A DNA stretch of 27,690 bases, taken from the NCBI GenBank assembly GCA_043826455.1, contig JBDRQD010000018.1, positions 1 through 27,690 on the forward strand, in the 5' to 3' direction. Both the position numbers and the translations under genes were made by a program. Each line of letters begins with the position of its first letter. Positions within the stretch are counted from its first letter, which is position 1. Under the pieces are notes generated by a model that did not search any database, was not told the DNA's origin, and saw only the letters and a program-made list of their open reading frames with translations. Origin of the DNA: Candidatus Bathyarchaeota archaeon (GTDB lineage: Archaea > Thermoproteota > Bathyarchaeia > TCS64). This document shows positions 25,782-27,690 of this stretch, one piece after another.

Positions 25782-26453
25782 ATGTCGAAGAAGATATTCG
25801 GCTGGTTCGCGCCCAAGAGAGGGGTCAAGGTCCTCCAGATGGTGGAGAAGCACCTGGCCATGACCCTCAAAGCAGTGGAGTCGCTACACACCATGGTCGA
25901 GGCCGCAGCCGAATGCGACGCTCAGAAATGCAAGACGTCCTACATGGATGTCAGCAAACTGGAGATGCAGGCGGACAACCTGAGGAGACAAATGGTAGAG
26001 GAGCTCACCATGAGCGAGATGTTCCCCGAGGAGAGGGACGACCTCATGGAGCTGGTGCGGGCCATAGACTGGATAGCCGACTGGAGCAAGGAGGCCGCCA
26101 GGATACTGAACACGATCCCCTTTGACAAGGCACCGGGCGAGATCAAGGAGGCCACCCTCAACATGGTCAAGGCCGACGTGAAATGCGTGAAGGTGCTCAC
26201 GGAGTGCGTGAAGGTTCTACCCAAGAGCCCCAAGGAGGCCCTGAGCCTGGCCAACGAGGTGGAGATGATGGAGGAGAACATCGACGACCTCTACAGCATA
26301 GCGAGGAAGCACTTCGCCGTGCTGGAGTTCCCCGGGTTCACCGTGGGGGCCATGATACTGATGAACGAGTTCCTCGACGCCCTGGAGACCATCGCGGACT
26401 GGTGCGAGAACACGGCCGACATAGTGCGCGCTATAGCGGTACGTGAGCACTAG
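25782..26453 (+). CDS. DUF47 / PhoU-like phosphate transport regulator
   Basis: LE..AD..RR, F.P..R.DL..L...ID.IAD, EE..D, LE.IAD.CE..AD. Confidence 0.92.
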   Translation: MSKKIFGWFAPKRGVKVLQMVEKHLAMTLKAVESLHTMVEAAAECDAQKCKTSYMDVSKLEMQADNLRRQMVEELTMSEMFPEERDDLMELVRAIDWIADWSKEAARILNTIPFDKAPGEIKEATLNMVKADVKCVKVLTECVKVLPKSPKEALSLANEVEMMEENIDDLYSIARKHFAVLEFPGFTVGAMILMNEFLDALETIADWCENTADIVRAIAVREH

Positions 26454-26488
26454 ATAAAAAGGAGAAAAACGTTGTCTTATTGAGGGTC

Positions 26489-26671
26489 TTAACCCTCGAC
26501 CGTGATGGCCTGGTTGGGGCAGGCGTTGACGCACGCCATGCACATGATGCAGTCGTCGGCGCGGACGGGGTCGGCCTTGCTGTCAACCATCTCGAAGACG
26601 TTCATGGGGCAGATGTCGACGCAGACGCCGTCTCCATCACACTTGTTCTTGTCAACTATGACTGTGGGCAT
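26489..26671 (-). CDS. Ferredoxin (4Fe-4S dicluster type, 60 aa)
   Basis: CDGDGVC...CP and CIMCMAC...CP; GGAGTG upstream. Confidence 0.93.
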   Translation of the reverse strand: MPTVIVDKNKCDGDGVCVDICPMNVFEMVDSKADPVRADDCIMCMACVNACPNQAITVEG

Positions 26672-26758
26672 TCTTACACCACTCCCCTTTACCTCTCCTA
26701 GAGTTTTTTAAACCTTTGCCGGGACATCGTGGCGGTTTCGTCAGCGTCTTCCTGCTGG

Positions 26759-27313
26759 CTACGACTGCTTCATGAACCGTTCAACGATCCCGGGTATATC
26801 CCCTGGCCTTTCGAAGGGGTGGATCCCCTCCATGGCCTCCAGCTTCCTCACGTTGTCCGCGTCCTCTTTCCGCACCCTCAGCCTCAGTGATCGTCCGTTG
26901 GGCATGGTGGTAGTCGTCTCCCCCTCGTGGTAGTCCACGGGCATTATGTAGACGGGGGTGAAGCCTTTGATGGCCTGGACCGCCGAGTTGGTGAGCAAGG
27001 TGTCAGAGATTCCTACCGCTATCTTGGCCACCGTGTTGCTGGTGGCCGGGGCGATGAGCAGCAGGTCGAACTCCCCCAGCTGAAGCCTGCCAGGCAGGAA
27101 CGGCGTGTTGGAGTCCGTCTCGACCCAGAACCTGTCGAATCCCGTCTCCAGCAGCTCAGTCGCCTTATAGTACCGTGCCACCAGCTGCCCGGCCTTAGAT
27201 AGGAAAACCTCTACGGATAGACTGTCGCCGTACCTGTCCTTGAGCTCCTTCATCACCTTGATGGTTTCCTTGAACTTGTCCCCGCTTCCCGTTACCCCCC
27301 ACGCGAGCTTCAC
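26759..27313 (-). CDS. afpA: Archaeoflavoprotein AfpA
   Basis: AWG.TGSGD, V.LSKAG..V...Y, N.PFL.G.LQ.G, PATSNTVAKI..GI.DTL..N, P.D, L..RKED. Confidence 0.9.
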   Translation of the reverse strand: MKLAWGVTGSGDKFKETIKVMKELKDRYGDSLSVEVFLSKAGQLVARYYKATELLETGFDRFWVETDSNTPFLPGRLQLGEFDLLLIAPATSNTVAKIAVGISDTLLTNSAVQAIKGFTPVYIMPVDYHEGETTTTMPNGRSLRLRVRKEDADNVRKLEAMEGIHPFERPGDIPGIVERFMKQS

Positions 27314-27690
27314 TGTGTCGCACCCTCCTGTAGATACTTGCTCAGACGTTTCACTGTTTTCCTGAGGCCCCTGAAGCCCTCGTCGTCGGCCTTGACACCC
27401 TCAAGGGAGTCCCTGGACCAGAAGGACGCCCCTATGTTGGCTCCGAAGAAGCCTCCGCTGAGGGTTATAGCCCCGTTCAGGGTGTAGAAGGTGATGATCT
27501 GCTGGATGGCCAGCTCCTGGCCCCCCGACCGGTCCCCGCCTACGGCCAACGCGATCCCCGCCTTGCCGCGGAACGCGTCACGGTTTCTGGCTAGGAGGGC
27601 CCGTGTTCTATCCATCACGGCCTTGATCTGGGCGCTGACGCCGCCGTTGTAGACGGGGGACGCGAAGATGTATGCCTGGGCCTCCTCGAG
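27310..27690 (-). CDS. Flavodoxin family / NADPH-dependent FMN reductase (iron-sulfur flavoprotein-like), 5' truncated by window
   Basis: Frame open to the window end: LEEAQAYIFASPVYNGGVSAQIKAVMDR, then GK.G..LAVGG.R.GGQE. Confidence 0.88.
   Translation of the reverse strand, partial: LEEAQAYIFASPVYNGGVSAQIKAVMDRTRALLARNRDAFRGKAGIALAVGGDRSGGQELAIQQIITFYTLNGAITLSGGFFGANIGASFWSRDSLEGVKADDEGFRGLRKTVKRLSKYLQEGATQ

Overview
Archaeal genomic DNA: Nop5/fibrillarin, Alba, Pop5, AfpA, a geranylgeranyl reductase and a tRNA lacking a full CCA. The gene content suggests Bathyarchaeia, which is my inference. Positions ~700-8240, between tRNA-Glu(CTC) and a carbamoyltransferase gene, form a mosaic accessory island. 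It holds a membrane-anchored LamG/DUF1080-like protein, an AT-rich block (NYN nuclease plus multi-pass membrane protein), a second surface protein, an apparently intact Myb/HTH + large-terminase pair with no portal, capsid or integrase gene, a HAD fragment and an AbrB-VapC toxin-antitoxin pair. Several island modules are bounded by short repeats (2497/4029/5039 and 7099/8203), suggesting cassette-like accretion. The rest is mostly core genome: divergent OTC-family carbamoyltransferase, ThDP enzyme, M20 N-carbamoylase, double zinc-ribbon protein, rnp2-pyrK-pyrD, nop5-[albA, hypothetical]-flpA, rnhB, two GT4s, M81 peptidase, ogt, maf, Na/Pi cotransporter + DUF47, ferredoxin, AfpA and a flavodoxin-fold protein. 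All calls come from reading motifs by eye; no database search was run.
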